A DNA stretch of 64,000 bases, taken from contig OZ245742.1 in the NCBI GenBank assembly GCA_965227295.1, forward strand, positions 2,592,001 through 2,656,000. The letters run 5' to 3'. This DNA is from Leptonemataceae bacterium. Its GTDB lineage: Bacteria; Spirochaetota; Leptospiria; Leptospirales; Leptonemataceae. Below are positions 49,744 through 58,968 of the stretch, piece by piece (position 1 is the stretch's first letter; each line of letters opens with the position of its first letter). The position numbers and the translations under genes were made by a program. The notes beneath the pieces are model-generated. The model ran no database searches, was not told where the DNA came from, and worked only from the letters and a program-made list of their open reading frames with translations.

Positions 49744-50484
49744 TCATTCCCTCATGTTCTTCCGAGGAACATTTTTCATCTTAAACCGCAGATAGTACGG
49801 CGTTCGGCCTTCGTGTTCCATGGTAATCGTTTCGAAGCGCGTGGGCGGTACGTCGGCGGGGCGAGAGCGGAGATAGTTCGGGAAGGCGTAGACCGGTTCG
49901 AACAACGGCGAGTCGCGGAAGATGCGCAGCATGCGCCGGGCGTACGGGCCGTAGTCAGTGGCGAGATGCACGATGCCGTCACCATCCGGGCGAAGCAGGC
50001 TCGCCAGGCGCGCGGGGAAGTCCGATTGCACGAGGCGGTGTTTCCAGTGCCGACGCTTGGGCCACGGGTCGGGGAAGTTCACGATGATCCAGTCGAAGGC
50101 CTGGCCCGGCAGAATCGATTCCAAAAACCAGCTAAAGTTTACCGGGACGATGCGCGCATGAATCATCTGGCCGGACTCGTCGCGCAATCGGCGCAGGCGC
50201 TTCACGGTCTTCTTGATGCGGTCGCTCTTGATCTCGAATGCCACGTACTGATCCTGGGGATGATCGCGGAGCCAGCCGATCAGGAATTCCCCCCAACCGG
50301 AACCCAGCTCCAGGATGCGCCGGCCCGTCGCCCCATCGTCGCGGAACAGGCGCTCCGAAGCGATCGGCTCCGGTCGTTCGGGGACAATCACCTCCTCAAA
50401 GGAGTGGATACGCCGACTGCGTGAGGCGATGTCGAAGAGCTTCGCGGAGAGCTGTGGAGATGTTTCGCTTGTTGGTCTTGACAT
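49744..50484 (-). CDS. trmB: tRNA (guanine-N7)-methyltransferase
   Basis: LELGSGWG, NFPDPWPKRRH, HLATD, TRFE; start uncertain. Confidence 0.9.
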   Translation of the reverse strand: MSRPTSETSPQLSAKLFDIASRSRRIHSFEEVIVPERPEPIASERLFRDDGATGRRILELGSGWGEFLIGWLRDHPQDQYVAFEIKSDRIKKTVKRLRRLRDESGQMIHARIVPVNFSWFLESILPGQAFDWIIVNFPDPWPKRRHWKHRLVQSDFPARLASLLRPDGDGIVHLATDYGPYARRMLRIFRDSPLFEPVYAFPNYLRSRPADVPPTRFETITMEHEGRTPYYLRFKMKNVPRKNMRE

Positions 50485-50724
50485 CCAAATGATGGCAAAA
50501 AATGGTTTCGGAGCCGATCGTTGTATTACTTGAGATTTTTGTAGTTTGATCGGTCCGGGCGCCATTGGCAGGCGCCGTCGGTTTCAGGATTTTTTGAATT
50601 TCTTCTGTATGAAAGCGACGGAAAGGGCGACTCTTTTTCAGAGTATTTCGTACTTTTAACCGACACTCTATAAAAGCAGGCGTGGCCTACAGGCCTCGTC
50701 CGAATCCAGCAGGCACAACCGGGA

Positions 50725-51672
50725 ATGCGTATCAAACTTTGGGGAGTACGAGGATCGATTCCGACGCCCCTGAGCTCCAATGAGTATCGGCGGCGACTGA
50801 AGTCGGCGCTGGAGCACGCCCGCGGTCGCTGGGAGTCCGACCCGGACGTGAGCCCGGAGACCCTCCTTGCCGAACTTTCTCCCGACATCCGCAAGCTCGT
50901 CGGCGGGGAGACCACCTGCGTCGAGGTCCGTTCCGGTGAGGACCAGCTCATCGTCGACCTCGGCACCGGTGCCCGCCGTCTGGGCTACGACATGATGGCC
51001 CGCGGATTCAAGGGCGACGTGCACGTCCTCGTTACGCATACGCACTGGGATCACATCCAGGGCTGGCCGTTTTTCATTCCCGGCTATATTCCCGACAATA
51101 CCGTGCACTTTCATTCGTGCATTGAGAACTGCCACGAACGCTTCCAGCGCCAGCAACACTTCGATCACTTCCCCGTGGAATTCGACGCCATGATGTCGAA
51201 AAAGGAATTTCACATTTACCAGCCCGGCGACTCTTTCGAGGTGGGCCCGTTTACCGTGAAGACCGTGGGACTCATGCACCCCGGCGGTTCGGTGGCCTAT
51301 CGCATCGAAGCCGGCGGCAAGGTCTTTGTCTTCGCCACGGACACCGAGTTTTTCGGCGAGGACCTGGAAGGGCAGATCGAAAAGCATCGTCCGTTCTTCG
51401 AAAACGCCGATCTCCTGGTAATGGACGCTCAGTATACGTTAGACGAGGCCGAGCAAAAGGTCGGCTGGGGCCACACGGCCATGCGCATCGCCGCGGAGTG
51501 TTCCCTGAAATGGAAGGCGAAGCGTCTGCTGCTCACCCATCACGAACCGGCGCACCACGACGATACCATCCACGATCTCTTCGTCGAAACCGAAAAGTTC
51601 GTCGAAGCCAATGCGAACGGGCACAAGCCGGAAATCGCCCTCGCCTACGAGAATGACGAGTACGAGCTGTAA
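50725..51672 (+). CDS. MBL-fold metallo-hydrolase (RNase Z/cyclic-nucleotide phosphodiesterase-like)
   Basis: WGVRGSIP, THTHWDHIQG, HPGG, TDTE, DAQY, GWGH, HHEP. Confidence 0.92.
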   Translation: MRIKLWGVRGSIPTPLSSNEYRRRLKSALEHARGRWESDPDVSPETLLAELSPDIRKLVGGETTCVEVRSGEDQLIVDLGTGARRLGYDMMARGFKGDVHVLVTHTHWDHIQGWPFFIPGYIPDNTVHFHSCIENCHERFQRQQHFDHFPVEFDAMMSKKEFHIYQPGDSFEVGPFTVKTVGLMHPGGSVAYRIEAGGKVFVFATDTEFFGEDLEGQIEKHRPFFENADLLVMDAQYTLDEAEQKVGWGHTAMRIAAECSLKWKAKRLLLTHHEPAHHDDTIHDLFVETEKFVEANANGHKPEIALAYENDEYEL

Positions 51673-51687
51673 CGGCCCCCCTTGCGT

Positions 51688-52857
51688 TTACGCGCTGGGT
51701 TTTCCGCGCACGCCCCAGGTGACGTTCACGTTCAGGTAGTAGTTGCTTACCGTCGCCACGATGATGCCGATGGCGTTGTTCAAGTACGAACGCAATCCTT
51801 CGTAGACGTACGGCGACAGAAAGCCGTTGGTGTGCAGCAATTGAAAGACCGACCACTGCACGATCAAACCGAACATCGAGATCAACTGAAACAAGAGCAG
51901 GCCGCGCAGGAGTTTGCCGACGCCGCGGTGACGTTGTTCGTAAAAGGTGATGTAGTTGTTCAGGACGTAGTTCGTGAGAATGCTCAACTGAATGCCGAAT
52001 GGCACCGAGAGATACACGGGATCGAGCATGGGGAAAAAGCCCGTGTTGAAACGCGGTAGTTCCAGGAACTCGCCGAGGGCGAAGCCGGCCAGGTTCACCA
52101 CGACGCCCGTGGAGCCGACGAAGGCGTACATCATGAACGTGGACGACAGGTAGCGGCCGAAGCGCATGTCGTAGAGCGCGATGAGATAGTTGCGAATGAC
52201 CGAGCCGGACAGTTTCGTTTCACCATGGCGGCGCAACTGGAACGTGTAGCCGACCTCTTTGACCTTGAGGCCCGGATTGCGGCCGATGAACTCCAGGAGA
52301 ATCTTGAAGCCCACCGGATTGATGCGTTCGACGCACTCCGTAAACAGTTTGCGAGTGACGACGAAGAAACCGCTCATGGGATCCTTCACGTTCACGGGCA
52401 GCAGCATCTTCGCGAGGAAAGCCGCGCCCCAGGACATGAAGCGTCGGCGTTTCGAGAACTCACCGTAGCTGCCGCCGTCCACGCCGCGCGAGCCGACGAC
52501 CAGGTCGCTGCCTTCTTCGTCGATGCAGCGAATCATTTCGGGGAGGATCTTTTCGTCGTGCTGGAGGTCGGCGTCCATGACTGCCAGGCAACGTCCCTTC
52601 GCCGCGGTCATACCGGTGACGACGGCCGAGGACAGACCCCGCTCGTTGAGCCGGCGGATGCAACGCACGTTGGTTTTTTCGAGGGAGAGTTCTTCGGCCA
52701 CGCGCCAGGTGCCGTCGGGAGAGTTGTCGTCCACGACGAGGACCTCGTGGGGAATGCCGGCGTTGCTGAAGACCTGCTCCAGGCGTTGGATTAAGATGGG
52801 GACGTTCTGCGCTTCGTTGTAGGTAGGCAGGATGACGGATACGACTGGTTGCTGCAT
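51688..52857 (-). CDS. GT2 polyprenol-phosphate mannosyltransferase-like enzyme fused to GtrA
   Basis: PTYNE, VDDNSPDGT, MDADLQH, DPMSGFF; C-terminal TM GtrA domain. Confidence 0.92.
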   Translation of the reverse strand: MQQPVVSVILPTYNEAQNVPILIQRLEQVFSNAGIPHEVLVVDDNSPDGTWRVAEELSLEKTNVRCIRRLNERGLSSAVVTGMTAAKGRCLAVMDADLQHDEKILPEMIRCIDEEGSDLVVGSRGVDGGSYGEFSKRRRFMSWGAAFLAKMLLPVNVKDPMSGFFVVTRKLFTECVERINPVGFKILLEFIGRNPGLKVKEVGYTFQLRRHGETKLSGSVIRNYLIALYDMRFGRYLSSTFMMYAFVGSTGVVVNLAGFALGEFLELPRFNTGFFPMLDPVYLSVPFGIQLSILTNYVLNNYITFYEQRHRGVGKLLRGLLLFQLISMFGLIVQWSVFQLLHTNGFLSPYVYEGLRSYLNNAIGIIVATVSNYYLNVNVTWGVRGKPSA

Positions 52858-52889
52858 GAAAAGCTACCGGTTCGCGCCGCCGACGCCTC

Positions 52890-53555
52890 TTAGTTGTCGC
52901 TGATGCAGGTGACCCGACCGCTGAATACCGAACCGTTGCCGACCATTTCAAATTCCAGATCGGCGAAAGCAACCTCGTTTTGGTCGCCGTTCAACCGGAA
53001 GCCGCGCTCCCACTTGATGATGCCGGACTGGGCCTGGAACGAAAGCACCGGCACGATGGACGTAAAGATGAACGTGCTCGAACCGCCGCAGGATACGCCG
53101 TCGGTGGTCTCGCAGGTGGGGTTACCGTCGGTGCCGTTGCAGTTGATGAAGTCCGTGGTGAAACAGGTCTGGACCGTGGACGTAACCGGGGTGAGGCGGA
53201 AGGACTCGGCCGTGCGGTCGTAGTCGTACTTCATGAACAGGCTTTCGCCGGTTTCGAATTGATAGAACGAGTTGATGGCGAACGTGTCGCTGTCGGACTC
53301 CGAGGACGAGCTGTCGCCGCTGTCACCGGAGGCATCGTCGGTGCTGCCGGCGGTGGCGCTGCCGCAGGTGGTGGTCAGCGTATTGTCCACTTCCGCCACG
53401 AACTGATAGATGCCGCCGAGGGTGCTGGCCGCGGGGCCGAGAAGGTAGGCATCGGCGCGCTCCTCGTCGTTGGAGCAGGCTCCGTACAAAAAGAGAATTA
53501 GAACACTCGCCAGGATGGCGCGGATACAGAGTAGATTGCTGCCTGTGTGTTTCAT
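52890..53555 (-). CDS. Ser/Thr/Cys-rich surface lipoprotein
   Basis: Lipobox YGAC; low-complexity linker; Cys-containing beta domain. Confidence 0.78.
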   Translation of the reverse strand: MKHTGSNLLCIRAILASVLILFLYGACSNDEERADAYLLGPAASTLGGIYQFVAEVDNTLTTTCGSATAGSTDDASGDSGDSSSSESDSDTFAINSFYQFETGESLFMKYDYDRTAESFRLTPVTSTVQTCFTTDFINCNGTDGNPTCETTDGVSCGGSSTFIFTSIVPVLSFQAQSGIIKWERGFRLNGDQNEVAFADLEFEMVGNGSVFSGRVTCISDN

Positions 53556-53690
53556 GTGGGCGTCCGGTCGCACGGCGACGTATATGCCGTATCGGGAAAT
53601 TGCAGTAGCAAAATATAGTCGGGCGCCGAAAAATTTCAAAAAATTTTCGCGGCCCGCGGAGGTGCTTTATGTCGCGCGAAGAGAGGATGA

Positions 53691-53836
53691 ACTCCGAGGA
53701 CCGAGGTGCCGAGGGAAAAGTGTGAGGGCGGTTTTTTCCTGCACGCGGCCGGGTTACGAATGCTTGCGTCGCCCGACCGCTCATCATTTTGATCTTCTTC
53801 TCTTCTTAAAACTCCCGGCACCTCGGTCCTCGGAGT
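53691..53836. repeat. 146 bp element bounded by perfect 21-bp inverted repeats (MITE/REPIN-like)
   Basis: actccgaggaccgaggtgccg (53691-53711) and cggcacctcggtcctcggagt (53816-53836). Confidence 0.8.
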
Positions 53837-53855
53837 CAAAAAAGAAAATAAAAAC

Positions 53856-54458
53856 TCACCCTCCGTTCGCGCGGATCAAGTTGAGGAACTCCATGCGTGT
53901 GCTTTCGTTTTCCCGGAAGAGGCCGTGCATGGAACTCGTGAACACCTCGGAGTTCTGTTTCTCCACGCCGCGCATCATCATGCACATGTGCTTGCACTTT
54001 ACGACGACGCCCACGCCGCGGGGTTGCAGGACTTCCTGCATGGCCTCCGCGATCTGCACGGTCATGCGTTCCTGCACCTGCAGCCGCCGACCGAACATGT
54101 CCACGATGCGGGCCATCTTGGAAAGGCCGATGACCTTCTCGCCTGGAATGTAACCGATGTGCGCGCGGCCGTAGAACGGGAGCATGTGGTGTTCGCACAT
54201 ACTGTAGACCTCGATGTCTCGCGCGATGACCATGCCGTCGTTGGCGTCCGAGAAGACCGCGTCGTTGACGATGTCTTCGAGCTTCATGCGATAACCGCTG
54301 GTCAAGAAATCGTAGGCCCGGGCCACCCGGTGCGGCGTATCCAGCAGACCCTCGCGCCCGGCGTCCTCACCGATGGCGCCCAGGATCTTCGTGACACTGC
54401 CCGCGACCGTATCCTGATCGATACTTTCTTTCGGCATATAACGATCAAATTCACTCAC
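53856..54458 (-). CDS. folE: GTP cyclohydrolase I
   Basis: [41 protein letters not shown]. Confidence 0.97.
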   Translation of the reverse strand: MSEFDRYMPKESIDQDTVAGSVTKILGAIGEDAGREGLLDTPHRVARAYDFLTSGYRMKLEDIVNDAVFSDANDGMVIARDIEVYSMCEHHMLPFYGRAHIGYIPGEKVIGLSKMARIVDMFGRRLQVQERMTVQIAEAMQEVLQPRGVGVVVKCKHMCMMMRGVEKQNSEVFTSSMHGLFRENESTRMEFLNLIRANGG

Positions 54459-54504
54459 AGCAATCTCCTATGGCAACTTCACCAACTCAGGCAACTTCAA
54501 CAAC

Positions 54505-55842
54505 TTACTCAACCGCGGCGCGTTCGGCGGCCCTTTCTCGCAGTTGCATGAGTTCCATTTCGAAGTGCGAGAACGGTTCGCGTCGCAGGTAGAGTCGATT
54601 GAGCAGGTCGATGTAGACCAGGCCGCCGGAGTAGAGTTCGAAACCGCGGGCGACGAGCGGAAGTTCGCGGCGCGTGTTGCGCAAAGGATTCCAGTAGAAC
54701 ATCTTTTCCCGCTGCAACGTGAGAAAGGCCCGCCGGTCGCGGATGAACACCATGTGCGGTAACACGCGGGCGTCGAAGCCCTTGCCGAGATTGACGCTGT
54801 CCTTCGTGGCCGCTCCGCCGCCGGACGGAAAACGCAACGCGTGCAACTGGCGCTTGCCGGCGCCGCCCGTGTAGACGAAGGCCAGGGCCCGGGAGAATCC
54901 GTGGCTGTCGTCGTCGCTTCCGTTCGGCTCGTCGTTCAACTCGGCGTCGGTGAGCGTGTCGCCCTCGAAGACGCCGTAGATCACCGGTCGGGCAAAGCCG
55001 GTTTTCCCGGCGGATACCTTCGTTACGTTCGTTCGGCGTCCGGAGTAATAGTAGAGATCGTAGTATCCCGCGGCGCCGTAGAAGATGAGCAGTCCGCGCC
55101 GGCCGGTTTGATGCAGCGTAAACTGATTCGTGATGTTTTTGTACTTCGGCGGGAACTTTGCCGCCGGCAGTTCGGCCGGGGATTCGTCGCCGCCGGGCTC
55201 GTCGGCGTGTTCGGAGGCGTAGGGATTCTGCAAGGGCGTGAACTTCAAACCGCCCTTCTCGGCGTAGTAGTAGTACGCGCCGTCGTCGCTGACCATGGGC
55301 AATTCGTCGCAGTCATGATCCGGAAGGTCGCCGGCGTCTTCGCCGCCGGAGGCCAGGAGTCGGGCCGAGCCTTCGCGCAGGGCCAGGACGTACGGCCGGC
55401 AGCCGCTACCGTTCTTGTTTTCCGCGGATTCGAGTTCGGCGCTGACCACCCCGTAGCGTCCGCCGTAAGATAGAGTGAAGTCCCGCAGACGCCGGCCGTC
55501 GAAGTAGGTGTAATCGCCCTCGGCGTTCGTCTGCCGGAAGTGGAACTCGTCGTCCTGGAGCCAGGCCGCGACGCTGCCGTTCATGCTGCGCCGGAGCAAG
55601 CGGTGTTTGCGCTCGTTATTGAGCGGGGTGGAGAGCTCGCGGTTCGTTTCTATGAGATGTTCGTTGATTTCTTCGAGGGCTGAGGCGGCCTGGGTCGGGC
55701 CGCTGTCGATTTTCGTCGACAGTCGCTGGATGGTTTCTTCAGGGGTCTCGCCGCAGGCGACGGAGAGCAGCAGAAGCACGGGCGCCACCCGAACTGCGAA
55801 ACGAAAAGAGGCGGCCGGAGGGGCCGGACGGCGCAAGATCAT
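54505..55842 (-). CDS. Hypothetical lipoprotein
   Basis: Lipobox SVAC; 445 aa with genome-typical codon usage. Confidence 0.78.
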   Translation of the reverse strand: MILRRPAPPAASFRFAVRVAPVLLLLSVACGETPEETIQRLSTKIDSGPTQAASALEEINEHLIETNRELSTPLNNERKHRLLRRSMNGSVAAWLQDDEFHFRQTNAEGDYTYFDGRRLRDFTLSYGGRYGVVSAELESAENKNGSGCRPYVLALREGSARLLASGGEDAGDLPDHDCDELPMVSDDGAYYYYAEKGGLKFTPLQNPYASEHADEPGGDESPAELPAAKFPPKYKNITNQFTLHQTGRRGLLIFYGAAGYYDLYYYSGRRTNVTKVSAGKTGFARPVIYGVFEGDTLTDAELNDEPNGSDDDSHGFSRALAFVYTGGAGKRQLHALRFPSGGGAATKDSVNLGKGFDARVLPHMVFIRDRRAFLTLQREKMFYWNPLRNTRRELPLVARGFELYSGGLVYIDLLNRLYLRREPFSHFEMELMQLRERAAERAAVE

Positions 55843-55943
55843 ACCGTCAATGTCGTTGCCCTGGCCTGTACGAAAACACTTTTTACTCGCTCACTTAAGG
55901 CGCTCTGAAAACCTGGGGGAAATCCCTTATTCCGTACTGAACT

Positions 55944-58007
55944 ATGAGCAAGAAGAAACCGGCCGCGAAGAAAGCCGCGAAAAAGACCGCGAAGGCAACA
56001 GCAAAGAAGACCGCGGCAAAGAAGGCAACGAAAGCCGCGAAGCAGGCTGCCGGAAAAACTGCGAAGAAAGTCGCGAACAAAGCCGTCGCGAAATCGGCAG
56101 TCAAAAAATATCCTGCCCCGGCAAAAAAAGGCGGAGCCCCGACTGCGCAGGCGACGGTCGTCGGTGGCGTGCGCGAGTTGCGCGCCGGCATTGACGCCGA
56201 CTGGCTCGCCGCCGCCTACGCGCGGCGCAGCGAGTGCGGCGCTTTCCGCGGCGACGATCACGGCACCACCGTGGGCGTCTGCGGCTGGGCCTTTCGCTAT
56301 CGTGACCAGGGCGGCTGCGTGTTCGTGGACCTGCGGGACCGCAGCGGTCTCGTGCAGTTGGTCTTTGATCAGTCGGTGATCGGTGAGCGTTTCGCCGAGG
56401 CCGAGAAGATTCGCCACGAATTCGTCGTCGCCGCCGCCGGTACGGTACGGCGCCGGACGCCGGAGAACGTGAATCCGAAGCTTGCCACCGGGGCGGTGGA
56501 AATTCTCGTGAAAGAGTTTTCGATTCTGAGCGCGGCCGAGACGCCGCCGTTTTCCCTCGAGGACTTCGTCGACGTGCACGAGGACATCCGCTTAAAGTAC
56601 CGCTATCTGGACTTACGCCGGGACGACCTGGCCCAGGCCATGCGCAAACGTTCACAACTCTGCATGGCCATTCGTCGTTTTCTGGAAACCGAGGGTTTTC
56701 TGGAAGTGGAGACACCCGTGCTCAACAAAAGCACGCCGGAAGGCGCGCGGGACTTTCTCGTGCCGGCCCGCATGGCGCCGGGGGAGTTCTTCGCCCTGCC
56801 GCAGTCGCCGCAGTTGTTCAAGCAAATCCTGATGATGGGCGGCATCGAGAAATACTTTCAGATCGTGAAGTGTTTTCGTGACGAGGACCTGCGCGCCGAT
56901 CGCCAGCCGGAGTTCACGCAGCTCGACATGGAGATGTCCTTCGTGAACGAAGAAGACGTCATCGACGTCATCGAGCGCCTGTGGGCGAGCGTAATTAAGG
57001 AAGTCTTCGACGTAACGATGGAGTTACCGGTGCCGGTGCTGTCGTACAAAGACGCCATGGAACGCTACGGCGTGGATCGACCGGACGTGCGCTTCGGCAC
57101 CGAACTGGTGGACGTCGCGGACATTGCCAGGAAGAGCGAGTTCAAGGTATTCCATACCGTGCTGGAAAACGGCGGGCGCGTGAAGGCGTTGCCGGTGCCC
57201 GGCGGCGCCGCGCTGTCGCGCAAAGACATTGACGACCTTACCGAATGGGTGGGCCGGGACTTCGGCGCGAAGGGCCTCGCCTGGATGAAGCACGAAGACG
57301 GCGGCCTCAAATCGGCGATCACGAAGTTCTTTTCGGAAGACGTCTTAGCTGAATTTGCAACGAAGTTAGGCACGAAACCCGGCGACATCGTCTTCTTCGG
57401 CGCCGATCACGAAAGCGTGGTGCATGCGACGTTGGGAAATTTACGCGTTCGTCTCGCGAAGAAGCTGGAGTTGATCCCGGCCGAAAACAAGTGGGGTTTC
57501 GTGTGGATTCGCGACTTTCCGCTGTTCGAGCGCGATCACAAGAGCGGCGAGATCTATTCGGTGCATCATCCGTTCACCGCGCCGCGGGAGGATCAGCTCG
57601 ATGTGGTGCAGGACCCGGCGCGTTTTCAGCAAGAAGCTACGAACGTGCTGTCTCGCGCTTACGACCTGGTGCTCAACGGCAACGAGATCGGCGGCGGTTC
57701 GATTCGTATTCATCGCACCGACGTGCAGTCGGCGATCTTTACCGCGCTGGGCATTTCCGAGGAAGAGGCGAGCGAACGTTTCGGTTTCTTTACGGAGGCG
57801 CTGAAGTACGGCACGCCTCCTCACGGCGGCATTGCCTTCGGCATCGACCGCGTGCTGATGTTGTTCCTCGGCCGCGAATCCATTCGCGACGTTATGGCCT
57901 TTCCGAAAACGCAGAAGGGCAGCGATCTCATGGCCGAGTCGCCCTCGCCCGTGGATGCGAAACAGTTGTTGGAATTGGGCATTACGGTGAAGGCGCCGGC
58001 GAAGTAG
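55944..58007 (+). CDS. aspS: Aspartate-tRNA ligase with Lys/Ala-rich N-terminal extension
   Basis: FVDLRDRSG, YRYLDLRR, LPQSPQLFKQ, FRDEDLRADRQPEF, HHPFT, GGGSIR, PPHGGIAFGIDR. Confidence 0.97.
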   Translation: MSKKKPAAKKAAKKTAKATAKKTAAKKATKAAKQAAGKTAKKVANKAVAKSAVKKYPAPAKKGGAPTAQATVVGGVRELRAGIDADWLAAAYARRSECGAFRGDDHGTTVGVCGWAFRYRDQGGCVFVDLRDRSGLVQLVFDQSVIGERFAEAEKIRHEFVVAAAGTVRRRTPENVNPKLATGAVEILVKEFSILSAAETPPFSLEDFVDVHEDIRLKYRYLDLRRDDLAQAMRKRSQLCMAIRRFLETEGFLEVETPVLNKSTPEGARDFLVPARMAPGEFFALPQSPQLFKQILMMGGIEKYFQIVKCFRDEDLRADRQPEFTQLDMEMSFVNEEDVIDVIERLWASVIKEVFDVTMELPVPVLSYKDAMERYGVDRPDVRFGTELVDVADIARKSEFKVFHTVLENGGRVKALPVPGGAALSRKDIDDLTEWVGRDFGAKGLAWMKHEDGGLKSAITKFFSEDVLAEFATKLGTKPGDIVFFGADHESVVHATLGNLRVRLAKKLELIPAENKWGFVWIRDFPLFERDHKSGEIYSVHHPFTAPREDQLDVVQDPARFQQEATNVLSRAYDLVLNGNEIGGGSIRIHRTDVQSAIFTALGISEEEASERFGFFTEALKYGTPPHGGIAFGIDRVLMLFLGRESIRDVMAFPKTQKGSDLMAESPSPVDAKQLLELGITVKAPAK

Positions 58008-58305
58008 GGGGCTTACGCCTGAAGATAGCAGGTGATTCTTTATGACAATTCGCGAGCGACGAGATTCAGTGCCGTTAGCGTAGTTGTGACGACCTGGATC
58101 GTTCGTTGCATCACAGTCTTATTTGCATGCCAGAACCGTGACCGTACGTGTATCTTTTTAAGTTGATGCCATGAAACAATCTCCTGAATAAACTGTTGGT
58201 CTCGGAAAGAGAATTGATTTCGAATCGAACCGGGTAAGTTGCTTCCTGAGAAGATCATTGTAGGATCTTGGACGAATCTTATGCTAAGGTCGATCAGGGA
58301 TGGAA

Positions 58306-58433
58306 TTGGGCGCGTCCCGGCCGCCAGGCCCAGGCGGCCGGGACCGGGCTGCTCCGGGCTCCGCTATCGCTTCGGTCTCGCGAAGACGCGAGACTCGCGC
58401 TGGGCGCGACCCTGCGCATCCCTCGCGCGAAGA
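58306..58433 (+). repeat. Multi-hairpin intergenic element copy C
   Basis: ttgggcgcgt...accgggctgctccgggctcc...ccctgcgcatccctcgcgcgaaga. Confidence 0.85.
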
Positions 58434-58474
58434 AGCATGCGTTATATCTTATCAGCAAGCCGAGGTGCTCTACC

Positions 58475-58966
58475 ATGACGAAGAGACAATCTGCGAAGCA
58501 ATCATCCAAAAAGTCCGCAAAAAAGGCCGCGAAAAAATCATCTTACAATGCCGCGAACAAGACCGTGCCTACGAAACGCAGTGCGAAGGACGTCATCGCC
58601 GCGGTCGCGAACGAGCAGAAACGCAAAGACAGCGAGGCGCTCGTGAAGTTGATGCGCAAGGTCACCGGCAAGTCGCCCGTGGCCTGGGGCAACATGATCG
58701 GCTTCGGCAAGTATCATTACAAATACGAAAGCGGGCGCGAGGGCGATATGTTCCTCACCGGTTTCGCGCCGCGGGCCCAGAACCTGGTCGTCTACGTAAT
58801 GCCCGGGTTTTCCGGAGCGCAGGACTTATTGCAACGCCTGGGAAAACACAAGACCGGCAAGTCGTGTTTGTACATCAATAAGCTGGCGGACGTGGATGCG
58901 GGCGTGCTGGAAGAACTGGTGCGGCGTTCGTACGAACACATGTGCGCGAAGTACGGGGTGGGGTGA
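58475..58966 (+). CDS. DUF1801/YdhG-like protein with basic N-terminal tail
   Basis: NKTVPT, MIGFGKYHYKYESGREG, GFAPR, LGKHKTGKSCLYINKL. Confidence 0.88.
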   Translation: MTKRQSAKQSSKKSAKKAAKKSSYNAANKTVPTKRSAKDVIAAVANEQKRKDSEALVKLMRKVTGKSPVAWGNMIGFGKYHYKYESGREGDMFLTGFAPRAQNLVVYVMPGFSGAQDLLQRLGKHKTGKSCLYINKLADVDAGVLEELVRRSYEHMCAKYGVG

Positions 58967-58968
58967 GC

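Noticed and set aside
54472..54505. Two 16-bp direct repeats (ggcaacttca.caact) upstream of folE
   Set aside because: Only two copies and no assignable regulator; could be chance or slippage
58040..58300. Lower-GC stretch with a lipobox-like fragment (VLFAC)
   Set aside because: No start-to-stop ORF of credible length; at most a decayed remnant
58268..58474. N-terminal extension of the DUF1801 ORF
   Set aside because: It is read-through of hairpin element C, not protein-like
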